Shown here piece after piece: positions 55,706 to 64,000 of a stretch of 64,000 nt of DNA. A program made the position numbers and the translations under genes. Within the stretch, counting starts at the first letter, position 1; every line of letters starts with the position of its first letter. The stretch is from IMG/VR virus record IMGVR_UViG_3300036790_000386, positions 1-64,000 of that record; one strand, written 5' to 3'. Below the pieces are notes generated by a model. That model was not told the DNA's origin. It saw only the letters and a list, made by a program, of their open reading frames with translations, and did not search any database. This DNA comes from a virus.

Positions 55706-57568
55706 TTATTGGTTAATCAACATATTCACGATGATATCGTGAACTGCTCCAGCTTCTTTTCCGAGAATCTGGATAGTCGGAGAAACACGAATATCACGCT
55801 GAGCCGCCGATTGAGTAGAAATTGGAGCAGCCCAAACATAGTAGCCGTTAGAAAGAGTTTGACCAGTTTGAACAGGACCAACAGCAGCTGAAGTCCAAGT
55901 ACCTGCGGCAAGATAGCCATTGTTAACAAATGCCTGGCAAGCGTTCTGGCAAACAGTTACCAGTTGAGCAATGCCTGCATCGGTCTGTGGAATTTTGGTG
56001 CCAGTAGAAACCATAAAGTTGAAGAGATCAGTCTGAATGTAATTAACAAGACCATCAAGACCAAAAATTTCATCAACGAAAGCGCCAGCAGCCATTGTAC
56101 CATTAACAACAATAGCAACACCATTGTTAAAAAGAGCATAATAGTTATAACGCTTGGCGTTAAGCGTAGCAGCGTTGTTTGGAGAAAGCGTTTCGTAACT
56201 GAAGCCAGAAAGCTGCTGCCACATTAAGGTAAGCATGGAATCTTCAGCAGCGAAGTTAACAGTTAGAAGCTTGCCATAGAGGCCGCCTACACCATATGGA
56301 TTCTGAGAACTATACATATAGAACGTGCGCTGATAGCCTTGCGCATGAAGCTCTGAACCAATATCACTGGAACTTTCAGCATTAAGTGCTGAAGCTTCAG
56401 ATGTAGTTAAACCAAAGATATGCGGATTGCCGGTAGTAGCTGTACTTGCTTCAATATATGCTGCAATTGTAAGAGCATCAGCATCTGTAAAGTCTTCATT
56501 ATTGGTGCCTGCTGCAAATTCAAGACCATACCAATAGACGGTAAGATTGTCGAGAATTTCAACAGCTGCAAGTGGAGTTTCAGCTGCAACACCTGAAGAA
56601 GCATAACTTGCAAGTGCACTAGTACAAAGAAACTGAGACGAGATATCTGTACCAGTGCCAGCATTCGTCATGAAACTGACAGAAGAAGTTGTGCCAGTGG
56701 TGCCTGAAGTCAGAATGAATTCTGCTGCATTCAGATTCCAGAGGAAAGTGGCGCTTGTGCTGCCAGCAGTTGTAGCAGTATTGGTATTTGGAAGAGCAGC
56801 GCCAGAAATTAAGCCAGAACCTGGAAGTTGAAAGTGAGTTCCAATAGCAATTGGTGAAAGATTCTGTAAAGTTTCAGCACCAGTTGAGGATGCAATATAG
56901 CAATTCCAAGTTGTGACTTCTGGACCATTTGCAGCTGGACTTGCAACTACAGGAACATTGTCAATAAGAATAAGCTGGCTCGCCTCAGCTGATGGCAAAG
57001 TTTCACCGTTAGCTGTATTATATGTTGTTTTAACATAGTACGTTGTTTGTGCAAGCGAACCACTGGTAGCGGAGGTAATAACAGGCAAAGCTGGAACAGT
57101 AACACCAGCAGACTGAATAGCAGATTGAACGGTGGAAGCAACGCCATTCAGATTGGTCTGAGCGCTGAAGTTCAGGCTAGAGATAATAAAGCTGGAACCA
57201 TCAATCGAAACTTTAAAAGAACCAGCAGCAATTGAGGTCCAATTTGCTATTACTTGGTCAGCAGAAGACAAAGGACCAGATACAAGATCACCACTGGAAG
57301 CAGAAGATGCCCAACGACCAATATAAAGATATGTTGGTGATGGTGTTTGGTCAAAATAGATTTCAGCTGCAAGATATTCAGGTGTTGTGCCTGAAAAATC
57401 GTTTCCAACTTCAGCAAGAGACTGATAAAATCTAATACGCTGATAAGTGTCGATTACGTTACTATCACCAACAATCAGAAGCGTTTGCAGATTAAGAAAA
57501 CTTGCTCCGATTGGAGTCAGCGATGCTGTTACATCGACAACTTGGGTAACAGGAAGACCCTGGGTCAT
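55706..57568 (-). CDS. tail sheath protein (DUF3383-like) with internal insertion
   Basis: DF...PEYLAA..YF.Q.P.P...IGRW; KIPQTDAG; R..R.SP.I....AGAVH. Confidence 0.9.
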   Translation of the reverse strand: MTQGLPVTQVVDVTASLTPIGASFLNLQTLLIVGDSNVIDTYQRIRFYQSLAEVGNDFSGTTPEYLAAEIYFDQTPSPTYLYIGRWASSASSGDLVSGPLSSADQVIANWTSIAAGSFKVSIDGSSFIISSLNFSAQTNLNGVASTVQSAIQSAGVTVPALPVITSATSGSLAQTTYYVKTTYNTANGETLPSAEASQLILIDNVPVVASPAANGPEVTTWNCYIASSTGAETLQNLSPIAIGTHFQLPGSGLISGAALPNTNTATTAGSTSATFLWNLNAAEFILTSGTTGTTSSVSFMTNAGTGTDISSQFLCTSALASYASSGVAAETPLAAVEILDNLTVYWYGLEFAAGTNNEDFTDADALTIAAYIEASTATTGNPHIFGLTTSEASALNAESSSDIGSELHAQGYQRTFYMYSSQNPYGVGGLYGKLLTVNFAAEDSMLTLMWQQLSGFSYETLSPNNAATLNAKRYNYYALFNNGVAIVVNGTMAAGAFVDEIFGLDGLVNYIQTDLFNFMVSTGTKIPQTDAGIAQLVTVCQNACQAFVNNGYLAAGTWTSAAVGPVQTGQTLSNGYYVWAAPISTQSAAQRDIRVSPTIQILGKEAGAVHDIIVNMLINQ

Positions 57569-57607
57569 TTTAGATACCTTTCACCAATTCTTTAATTAAA
57601 AGTTGAT

Positions 57608-58297
57608 TTAGGGACCAGGGACAACAACAGTTGTCTCTCCTGTCATTATACTACTATTACCATCAGAGACTGAAGCAGAAATAGTAGCACCTAAAATATT
57701 TAAAATAGGATATTGACGCAGAATTGCGCGAGTAAATTTGTAGTTTCTATCAACTCGTCTTAACCAAGTATTTTTAATCAGCTGAGGAACAATTGTCTTT
57801 TTGTAATAACTGACAACACCCATAGAAGTTAATTGAAGAATTTCACGATTCTGTGGGATTTGAAGACCGTCTCTCAGCGCTGCATCATATTGATCAGCAT
57901 TGGGGCCGTAAAATGAAACCAATAGATTAAATGTTTCATATTGCTCCATGATATCACGACCACCATTTGCTCCATCGTGCATCACAACAGCCCAACCTGG
58001 GATAAGATCTTGTTCAGTTACGCCAACAGCAGCCCATGTAACATTAGAAGGTGGAAGCACTGGAGGTTCTGGCTGCCAACGAGGCCAAACTAGAGTAGGA
58101 TCTAGTGTAGAAATTCCTGCAACAAGCTGTTGCATAAAATCATCTAGATCCTGCCCCTCCATTGGCTTTGTGCCGTCAGAGTAGCCAGCATCAAGACCAA
58201 GACCAGGAACATCGAATTGAAAGCGAAAAAGACCAGGGCCTGGAGCAACAAATCCCTGTTGAGCCGATGTTTGAGCAATAACAGGGGTATTTGCCAT
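57608..58297 (-). CDS. neck/tail terminator protein
   Basis: V.PRWQP.PP; SFYGP; LRDGLQIPQNRE; W.RR.D. Confidence 0.75.
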   Translation of the reverse strand: MANTPVIAQTSAQQGFVAPGPGLFRFQFDVPGLGLDAGYSDGTKPMEGQDLDDFMQQLVAGISTLDPTLVWPRWQPEPPVLPPSNVTWAAVGVTEQDLIPGWAVVMHDGANGGRDIMEQYETFNLLVSFYGPNADQYDAALRDGLQIPQNREILQLTSMGVVSYYKKTIVPQLIKNTWLRRVDRNYKFTRAILRQYPILNILGATISASVSDGNSSIMTGETTVVVPGP

Positions 58298-58298
58298 T

Positions 58299-58751
58299 TT
58301 AGTACTCCAGTACAACCAATTCTTTGCTAGTGCTGATACCTAGAAGTTTAGTTGTAGTATTACGTTTGACAGCAGCAACAACTAGCGGATCACTAGAAGC
58401 AAGAAGCTTCTGAAGCGCGATGTGAGCAGCAAGCGTAACATTACGATTTTCAGCAGATGCTCGAATTTGCGCTGCTGCGAGAGTGTGCTTTACATGAGCT
58501 TCAGCATCAGATGAAGAACCAACGGCTCCAGCAATAAAACGTTTCTTACGAGCTTCGTTCAGAAGTGGCGCAGCTTTCAGTCGTTCCAGATGCCTTTTAC
58601 TTGCAAGAGCAGCTTCTGCTTTCTTTTCCAATTTTTCGACTTCCAAAAGTAGTGAACGTTTCCCTTCAAGATTCGATGGAGCAGCGTGGATTTCTGCCAG
58701 CTTTTCATGCCACACCGCAGCAGGAAGCATTTTTGGACGCAACATATTCAT
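58299..58751 (-). CDS. hypothetical protein
   Basis: 150 aa, helical. Confidence 0.55.
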   Translation of the reverse strand: MNMLRPKMLPAAVWHEKLAEIHAAPSNLEGKRSLLLEVEKLEKKAEAALASKRHLERLKAAPLLNEARKKRFIAGAVGSSSDAEAHVKHTLAAAQIRASAENRNVTLAAHIALQKLLASSDPLVVAAVKRNTTTKLLGISTSKELVVLEY

Positions 58752-58769
58752 TCTCCATTTTAAAATGCA

Positions 58770-59186
58770 CTAAGAATCAACTCCTTGAGGGGAATTGTCA
58801 ATATAATCAAGTGAAACAGCGATCACCTTAACATAGCCAGGATTATAGTTGGAGTAGTCATCTAATGCTGTGACTAGATATTTATCGTTATTCCAAACTA
58901 TAATATCAGGGCCATAGATATTTGGATCATTAGGTCTTATCGCTGGACCCCGTAAAAGAAAAGGAGTTGTAATTGACAATGCTTTATATTCAGTTTGCAT
59001 GTCAGTTTCGCGCCGCAAAGAGTCAGGCACAAATGGTGTTACAGTCCCACGAGCCGCAATTGGAAGAGATTGTTTAAAAACAGCTCTACCATTAGAATTA
59101 AGTGTTTGTGTTTGTCTGATAACTAAAAAGAAATCAAGAGTTTCAGGAGAAAGAATTGCATCCTTCATATCAAAAGGAACAACCAT
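58770..59186 (-). CDS. head closure / head-tail adaptor
   Basis: R......GR; PDIIVWN...Y.V....DYS.Y..G. Confidence 0.7.
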   Translation of the reverse strand: MVVPFDMKDAILSPETLDFFLVIRQTQTLNSNGRAVFKQSLPIAARGTVTPFVPDSLRRETDMQTEYKALSITTPFLLRGPAIRPNDPNIYGPDIIVWNNDKYLVTALDDYSNYNPGYVKVIAVSLDYIDNSPQGVDS

Positions 59187-59195
59187 AGCAACTCC

Positions 59196-59807
59196 TTAAG
59201 GAATAATGTTGCGCCCAACTCTACGAAGCAGAGTTTGCGGACTAGCTGGAAGAATTTCTCTAAGTTTATCTGAGAGAAATACTCGTTGATTATTTCTATC
59301 GATCATATATGAAAGCGCATTGCGCATTCGTCCGGTTTCAATAAGTGGTGTTGTTAAAGATATTCCAGCACGTAAACGATACCAAAGCGTTGCACCTGCA
59401 AGACCTCTAACTGCGCCAAATAAAATATAAGCGCGTACAGCATTTCTACCAGTGCGCCCCATAATAATTAAGCTATCTCTAGGTGAACCTTTCGTTAAAA
59501 CTTCTCTTATCGCTGGTCCCAAGAGTCTGATTATCGTTGGCATAGCAGAATAAATACCAGGTATCAGAGTTGGCCGAGGTGGAATATTTAACGCTGGATC
59601 GCCATATTCATTTATGTAAGCAAGTTCAGGATTAGTTGCAGTAACACCTTCACGACGAAGTTCGTCAGTAGCCATTACTTCACGTTCGCGGTATTCATAT
59701 GGATAACCAATTTTAACTTGATATTGCTCAAGTTCTGAAAGCGCAGATCGAATCAAAGACATTTTATCAATAGTAACTTTTGTTCCGATCTGCGTTATAA
59801 CTTTCAT
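59196..59807 (-). CDS. tail completion / neck protein
   Basis: V.IG.P; N.ELAYINEYG.P..NIPPRP.L.PGI; PLIETG.MRN.LSY. Confidence 0.72.
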   Translation of the reverse strand: MKVITQIGTKVTIDKMSLIRSALSELEQYQVKIGYPYEYREREVMATDELRREGVTATNPELAYINEYGDPALNIPPRPTLIPGIYSAMPTIIRLLGPAIREVLTKGSPRDSLIIMGRTGRNAVRAYILFGAVRGLAGATLWYRLRAGISLTTPLIETGRMRNALSYMIDRNNQRVFLSDKLREILPASPQTLLRRVGRNIIP

Positions 59808-60349
59808 TAATAAATTCCTGAACCTGGAGAACCTGGAAGCCAAGGAGGTGGACCAGCCCAACCTGGGCCATTTTGTCCGCCAGTTGGATCACAGCCAATA
59901 CCAATTTGAAGTGGAACTGCACCAACAACACGAGCAAGACGAATAAATCGTCTGCCATACATTGTTAGGTTCCAATGGCCTGCATCTTTTTCAATACCAC
60001 CATTAGAGTCATAGTTTACATTAACACCATTTACAGTACGACCACTAATAGCACCGCCAACTGTGCCTGGAGTTGCATTAATAGAAGATGCATCTTGAGA
60101 CTGAACTTCAAGAGCAAGGTTATGAGCAGTAAAAAGCTCAATACCATGATCCTGTAGAGAGCGAGGGCTAGAAGCTCCAGGTGGAGTATAGGTTCCTGGA
60201 GTTGTATCCCAAAAAGAAGTTCCATAAGCAGTTTGAGTCAGCATAAGATAAGCAATGCTGATCCAATATTGAACAGAAGATTGAAGAAATCTACCTTGGT
60301 TCGAAAATTCAGGATAATCTGCTACAAAATCTTCGTAACCGACGGTCAT
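59807..60349 (-). CDS. head-tail connector (DUF4054-like)
   Basis: F...YPEF; LFTAHNL.L; V.V.YD; AGHWNLT.YG.RF. Confidence 0.85.
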   Translation of the reverse strand: MTVGYEDFVADYPEFSNQGRFLQSSVQYWISIAYLMLTQTAYGTSFWDTTPGTYTPPGASSPRSLQDHGIELFTAHNLALEVQSQDASSINATPGTVGGAISGRTVNGVNVNYDSNGGIEKDAGHWNLTMYGRRFIRLARVVGAVPLQIGIGCDPTGGQNGPGWAGPPPWLPGSPGSGIY

Positions 60350-60352
60350 TGG

Positions 60353-61015
60353 TTAATCTTTCCCGTAAGACTCCGGTGGAACACCTGGACCTTCGACTGG
60401 ATAGTCAGAAGGCAAAGAAGAAGGTGTTGAGGTGAAAGTCTCTGTTTCGCCCCAATAACGTTTATTTGCTGAGTTGACCTCAGAGAGGGACAAATCTTTC
60501 TTTTCGTAGGATGGTGCCACCGATGGTTTATCATAGCCAGACTTGCTTATTGACTTATCACTTGGTGAATTTATAAGTCCCATATTTGGGCGATATAGAG
60601 GATCTTCAATGCCTTTTGGCTCCAAGTAGCTGTGGACATTCTGACCTTCACCCATAGCACTCGGCATGGCTGATTCTGTTGGCATATCCATTCTAGAAGC
60701 TTCCATTGGATTTTCCAGCATAGAATGTTCGCCTTGAACAATTGGTCTCTCGCCTGGTTGCCAATTTTCAGGCTGACGATCCCCCCAAAATTCAGCATTT
60801 TTTTGATTTAATCCGCCAAGTGTTTCTGAACTTGGTTGTGTCTGACGAGTTCCATATTCAGGGACAGCTTTCATAGGCCCACCTGCACTTTCATCTGAAT
60901 GGCGAGCTTTATTTAAAGCTGCTGCCACAGCTTGTTTCTGAGGATGACCACTGTGAACCATCTCAGAAATATTGTGTGAAATAGTTTTTTGAGATTTTCC
61001 TTTACTCAGTGGCAT
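60353..61015 (-). CDS. hypothetical protein with conserved short N-terminal domain
   Basis: MPLSKGKSQKTISHNISEM..G.PQKQAVA.AL, followed by a disordered tail. Confidence 0.6.
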   Translation of the reverse strand: MPLSKGKSQKTISHNISEMVHSGHPQKQAVAAALNKARHSDESAGGPMKAVPEYGTRQTQPSSETLGGLNQKNAEFWGDRQPENWQPGERPIVQGEHSMLENPMEASRMDMPTESAMPSAMGEGQNVHSYLEPKGIEDPLYRPNMGLINSPSDKSISKSGYDKPSVAPSYEKKDLSLSEVNSANKRYWGETETFTSTPSSLPSDYPVEGPGVPPESYGKD

Positions 61016-61026
61016 CTCTTAATTAC

Positions 61027-61329
61027 CTATTTGGTTGTTGTTTTTGTTGGTTTCAGCATTTCAGCTTGACGCTGAGCTTCTTTTGCTTCCTGTACTGCGG
61101 TATCTTCCGGCTTTACTGGTAAAGAAGCTGCAAGTTGATTATCTTCTGGATTTGGAACAGATGCTGGTTTGATTTTACCATCAACTGGAACTCTCCGACC
61201 AACAAAATCAAAAATTTTATTATGAGCAAGAATTTCGTCATCAACTTCCTGTTTACCAGGACCGTACCATGTAAAAACATTGGCCGGATGTTGGATGCGA
61301 ACTTTTTTCGGGAAAAAGTATTCAGCCAT
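61027..61329 (-). CDS. hypothetical capsid-adjacent protein
   Basis: GGAG RBS; 100 aa. Confidence 0.55.
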   Translation of the reverse strand: MAEYFFPKKVRIQHPANVFTWYGPGKQEVDDEILAHNKIFDFVGRRVPVDGKIKPASVPNPEDNQLAASLPVKPEDTAVQEAKEAQRQAEMLKPTKTTTK

Positions 61330-61729
61330 CAAACTTTACTCCTTGATAGGGATTAGAAATTTTAAACTCAGCTTCATCAATAAGGGTTGAAGTACCTCTA
61401 TATGGCCAAGCACGTTTAATCGCCTCTGCAATTTCTTCTCTATTAACTGACGGGCACTCACGCAGCAATGCTATTACTGCGCGGCGCAAGTTCAGTTCGG
61501 TTAGATCTTCTCGTACAACTTTGATCCAGCCAAGTCGTGGAATCACCAATACAATTAGCTTTGGAAAATCAATTCCTTTTCTCTTTGCATTTTTACGGTG
61601 TTCTTCAATAAACTCCTGAATAGATAGAAGTTCATTGCTGTCTAGATCTTCACCTAACCAAGAAGATAGTCCCTCAGTTAGGCCGACCAATTCCATACAC
61701 ACAGCTGGATCATCTTCATCTTGATGCAC
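61322..61729 (-). CDS. hypothetical protein
   Basis: 135 aa ORF after the capsid gene. Confidence 0.55.
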   Translation of the reverse strand: MHQDEDDPAVCMELVGLTEGLSSWLGEDLDSNELLSIQEFIEEHRKNAKRKGIDFPKLIVLVIPRLGWIKVVREDLTELNLRRAVIALLRECPSVNREEIAEAIKRAWPYRGTSTLIDEAEFKISNPYQGVKFDG

Positions 61730-61756
61730 GTTAAAATCCTAACCAGTAAGTCAGTC

Positions 61757-62857
61757 TTAGATACCATCGCGATATGCGACAGTTTCAGGATACACAACTT
61801 CCAGCACGCCAAGACGGCAGAAATATGTGGACTTGTGATAGATACCATCGTACTGGATAGGTGTACGCTGAAGCAGAGTCATTGGATAGCGAAGGCGCTC
61901 TGGATCTTTGGTGTAGGCAACCATACGATCGACTGTACCAAGAGTACCAACAGTACCACCAATACCGGCACCAATCAGCCACTTCAATGGAAAGATCTTC
62001 AACTTGGCAACGCCTGAAGAAGTCAGCAGATTGTTTTCAAGAAGATAACGCAGAATAGATACGTTACCAGCAGCAGAGACAATCTGAGTAGAAACATAGG
62101 AATACTGAGCAGGAGGCAGAAGCAGGCGGTTGGGTGGGAATGCCCAGCCAGAGGTTGCCCATGTATTATTCAGAATTTCATTAACGTCATTCAGAATTTC
62201 TGGTGGAGTCTTGTTAACCCATTGAGTGGCATTAGTAGCACCAACAGCAACAGTAGCAACATTGGAAACTTGACCAAGATTTGCACTGGAGTTGTTATAA
62301 TTAACAACACCATATTCAGCAAACTCAGTATCGCCGTAATACACCATTTCGTCAATGTCCATCTGGTGCTTCAGCTGCATACCGAAGAACTTTTGCTGAT
62401 CAATAGGACGACCAACAAGAGCAGATGACTCAAGTTCAAGAATGGTATACTTCAGTTCCATTGACCAGGGACGCAGAGCATGGGGAATCTTAGCAATATC
62501 AACTGAGATACCAGTAATCTGCGTAGTATCTTTGCCGACCCAAGATTTACCGTTGCCAATGCCAACGCCAGAGGTACCGATGTTTGCGCCTGCCGCAGAA
62601 CCATAGGTGGACAGTGTAAAGCTGGACACCTCGTTTGCAATGGTCACATCTTCTCGAAGATCAATATCACGACCCCAAGTAACAGCAGCCAGTGGTTCAT
62701 GCAAACGCAGGTCTAAGCGCTCAAGCTCGCCAACTAGAAATGAACCAGTGGAGTCAGCAACCTTGCCATCTGCCATCTTAACACGCATTGGCAAAGTTTT
62801 GCCTCGCATATTACCTTGCGCATCATGCGAATATTCGCGTCCATCAAAAGTCATCAT
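61757..62857 (-). CDS. major capsid protein (DUF2184-like)
   Basis: FLVGELERLD..L.EPL..VTW.RDI.LREDV; GRPIDQQK; V.YPET..Y.DGI. Confidence 0.9.
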   Translation of the reverse strand: MMTFDGREYSHDAQGNMRGKTLPMRVKMADGKVADSTGSFLVGELERLDLRLHEPLAAVTWGRDIDLREDVTIANEVSSFTLSTYGSAAGANIGTSGVGIGNGKSWVGKDTTQITGISVDIAKIPHALRPWSMELKYTILELESSALVGRPIDQQKFFGMQLKHQMDIDEMVYYGDTEFAEYGVVNYNNSSANLGQVSNVATVAVGATNATQWVNKTPPEILNDVNEILNNTWATSGWAFPPNRLLLPPAQYSYVSTQIVSAAGNVSILRYLLENNLLTSSGVAKLKIFPLKWLIGAGIGGTVGTLGTVDRMVAYTKDPERLRYPMTLLQRTPIQYDGIYHKSTYFCRLGVLEVVYPETVAYRDGI

Positions 62858-62886
62858 AATTAAATTCCTTTGCCTTTCAATTGGTC

Positions 62887-63417
62887 TTAAAGATTGAACG
62901 CGATTTCAGCAATGCCATTAGAGTCCGCACCTGAATTAAAATAAGTCTGACCATCAGCGCTCAAACCAATGCAACCAGCAGCGGAAGTTGCTTCAAATCC
63001 ACCCTGTGTATGCACGCCCGAAGAAGCCGAGCACCAAACATAAACAGTACCGCCCTTGACTGGAGTACCGACAACTGGAGCCATAATATAGCCAGATTTC
63101 AGTACGTCCATTGCATTGGCTGGAGTTGGCCCATTGCCTGAAGTAAAGCCCTGAGCAAAATCAGCTTCACCCCAGTTTTCAGTTGCAGTAACCTGCTGAA
63201 TAGGAAACTGACGAACCACAACACCAGAAACAGAAGAAGTACCTGTATCACCAAGCTGCATGACACGAAATGTACCAGTTGCAGTATAGATACCGCATGT
63301 GCCAAAATAAATAATAGGATAAGTAGAGTCATTAATATTAGGCTCGATAGAAGCTGGATGCGTGCGGTTCACGTCACCTGCAAACCCCGCTCCCATACGA
63401 TATTGAAACGCAACCAT
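62887..63417 (-). CDS. capsid cement/decoration protein
   Basis: YRM.AG.AGDV.R; V...GYI; KGG.VYV; D.NGIAEIAFN; upstream of major capsid gene. Confidence 0.75.
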   Translation of the reverse strand: MVAFQYRMGAGFAGDVNRTHPASIEPNINDSTYPIIYFGTCGIYTATGTFRVMQLGDTGTSSVSGVVVRQFPIQQVTATENWGEADFAQGFTSGNGPTPANAMDVLKSGYIMAPVVGTPVKGGTVYVWCSASSGVHTQGGFEATSAAGCIGLSADGQTYFNSGADSNGIAEIAFNL

Positions 63418-63453
63418 TTTAAATACCTTTCCTTACGAATGGAATAATTGAAA

Positions 63454-64000
63454 TTAGCGAGTCGAGCCGCCGGTGCCCCAGATTTCGCTGGATTTTTCGT
63501 CGATACGCTTACGCAGATCGGCAAGAGAAGAAACCGTCCCAGCTTGATGGGCTGCCGAGTGTGGATTACCGCCAGTAACCTGAACAAAGGCTTGATTATT
63601 ACGGTCACGGTAGACAGAAGCCAACGCACGATAAGTTGTTCCAATGGAATCGCAAGTCATGCGTCGCATGTCGGCTCCACCAGTAATATTTTCCAAATCA
63701 GTAGCTTTCTCCATATCATGAGAAACATGATTCAAAATACGGCGACGGAAACCGCAAATAGCGGTAACAGCCGAAACTGGATTTGAACGAGAATCAAAAG
63801 TTGGAACGCGAACACCTGGAACAATGATTTCAGCATCAGCTACAACTGCTTCCCAAAGACTCTGGAGACGTACAGCAGCATCAGCAGCGCGACGACGCTT
63901 ATCACCAACTCCAGCATTAACTGCTGAAGAAGAACCGGCTGGAGCTTCTGCACCAAATCCGCGTGGAATTTTCTTTGACGCAACTGTCACCGGACCTGGA
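63454..64000 (-). CDS. prohead protease/scaffold (DUF2213-like), C-terminal part; truncated by window
   Basis: AEI.VPG...PTFD......C.FRR..L pattern; position before cement and capsid genes. Confidence 0.6.
   Translation of the reverse strand, partial: PGPVTVASKKIPRGFGAEAPAGSSSAVNAGVGDKRRRAADAAVRLQSLWEAVVADAEIIVPGVRVPTFDSRSNPVSAVTAICGFRRRILNHVSHDMEKATDLENITGGADMRRMTCDSIGTTYRALASVYRDRNNQAFVQVTGGNPHSAAHQAGTVSSLADLRKRIDEKSSEIWGTGGSTR

Noticed and set aside
186-63786. Many short antisense or nested ORFs in the track
   Set aside because: They are shadows of longer genes with recognisable motifs and break the clear two-arm strand organisation.

Overview
64 kb internal slice of an AT-rich tailed phage genome (contractile tail). 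No tRNA, rRNA, CRISPR array or integrase was seen. The left arm (1-23.9 kb, + strand) carries early/replication genes: the C-terminal half of a Ro60/TROVE protein, a Cas4-like PD-(D/E)XK nuclease, a Sak4-like ATPase, an SSB-like protein, two MazG-like proteins and a ParB-methyltransferase. It also encodes a family A DNA polymerase split in two (UDG plus part of the 3'-5' exonuclease, then the polymerase with a mini-intein), a DUF3987-type P-loop protein, an FkbM methyltransferase, anti-defence-like small genes and a RepB'-type primase. The right arm (23.9-64 kb, - strand) carries a Panacea antitoxin, an accessory fibre module with glycosyltransferases, an unusual lysis cluster, a nucleotide-metabolism cassette and the baseplate, tail, neck and capsid genes. 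The most striking signal is a ~60-90 bp twin-hairpin element (stem-CTC-stem-TCGCACAAACACAAA-14/15 nt-TATTACACCAGGC) present six times on both strands. Two copies sit inverted inside the RepB'-type primase gene and show fully compensatory stem changes. This suggests (inference) a primase that carries its own single-strand initiation sites and a set of such sites spread along the genome. All family assignments come from motif recognition by eye, not database searches.
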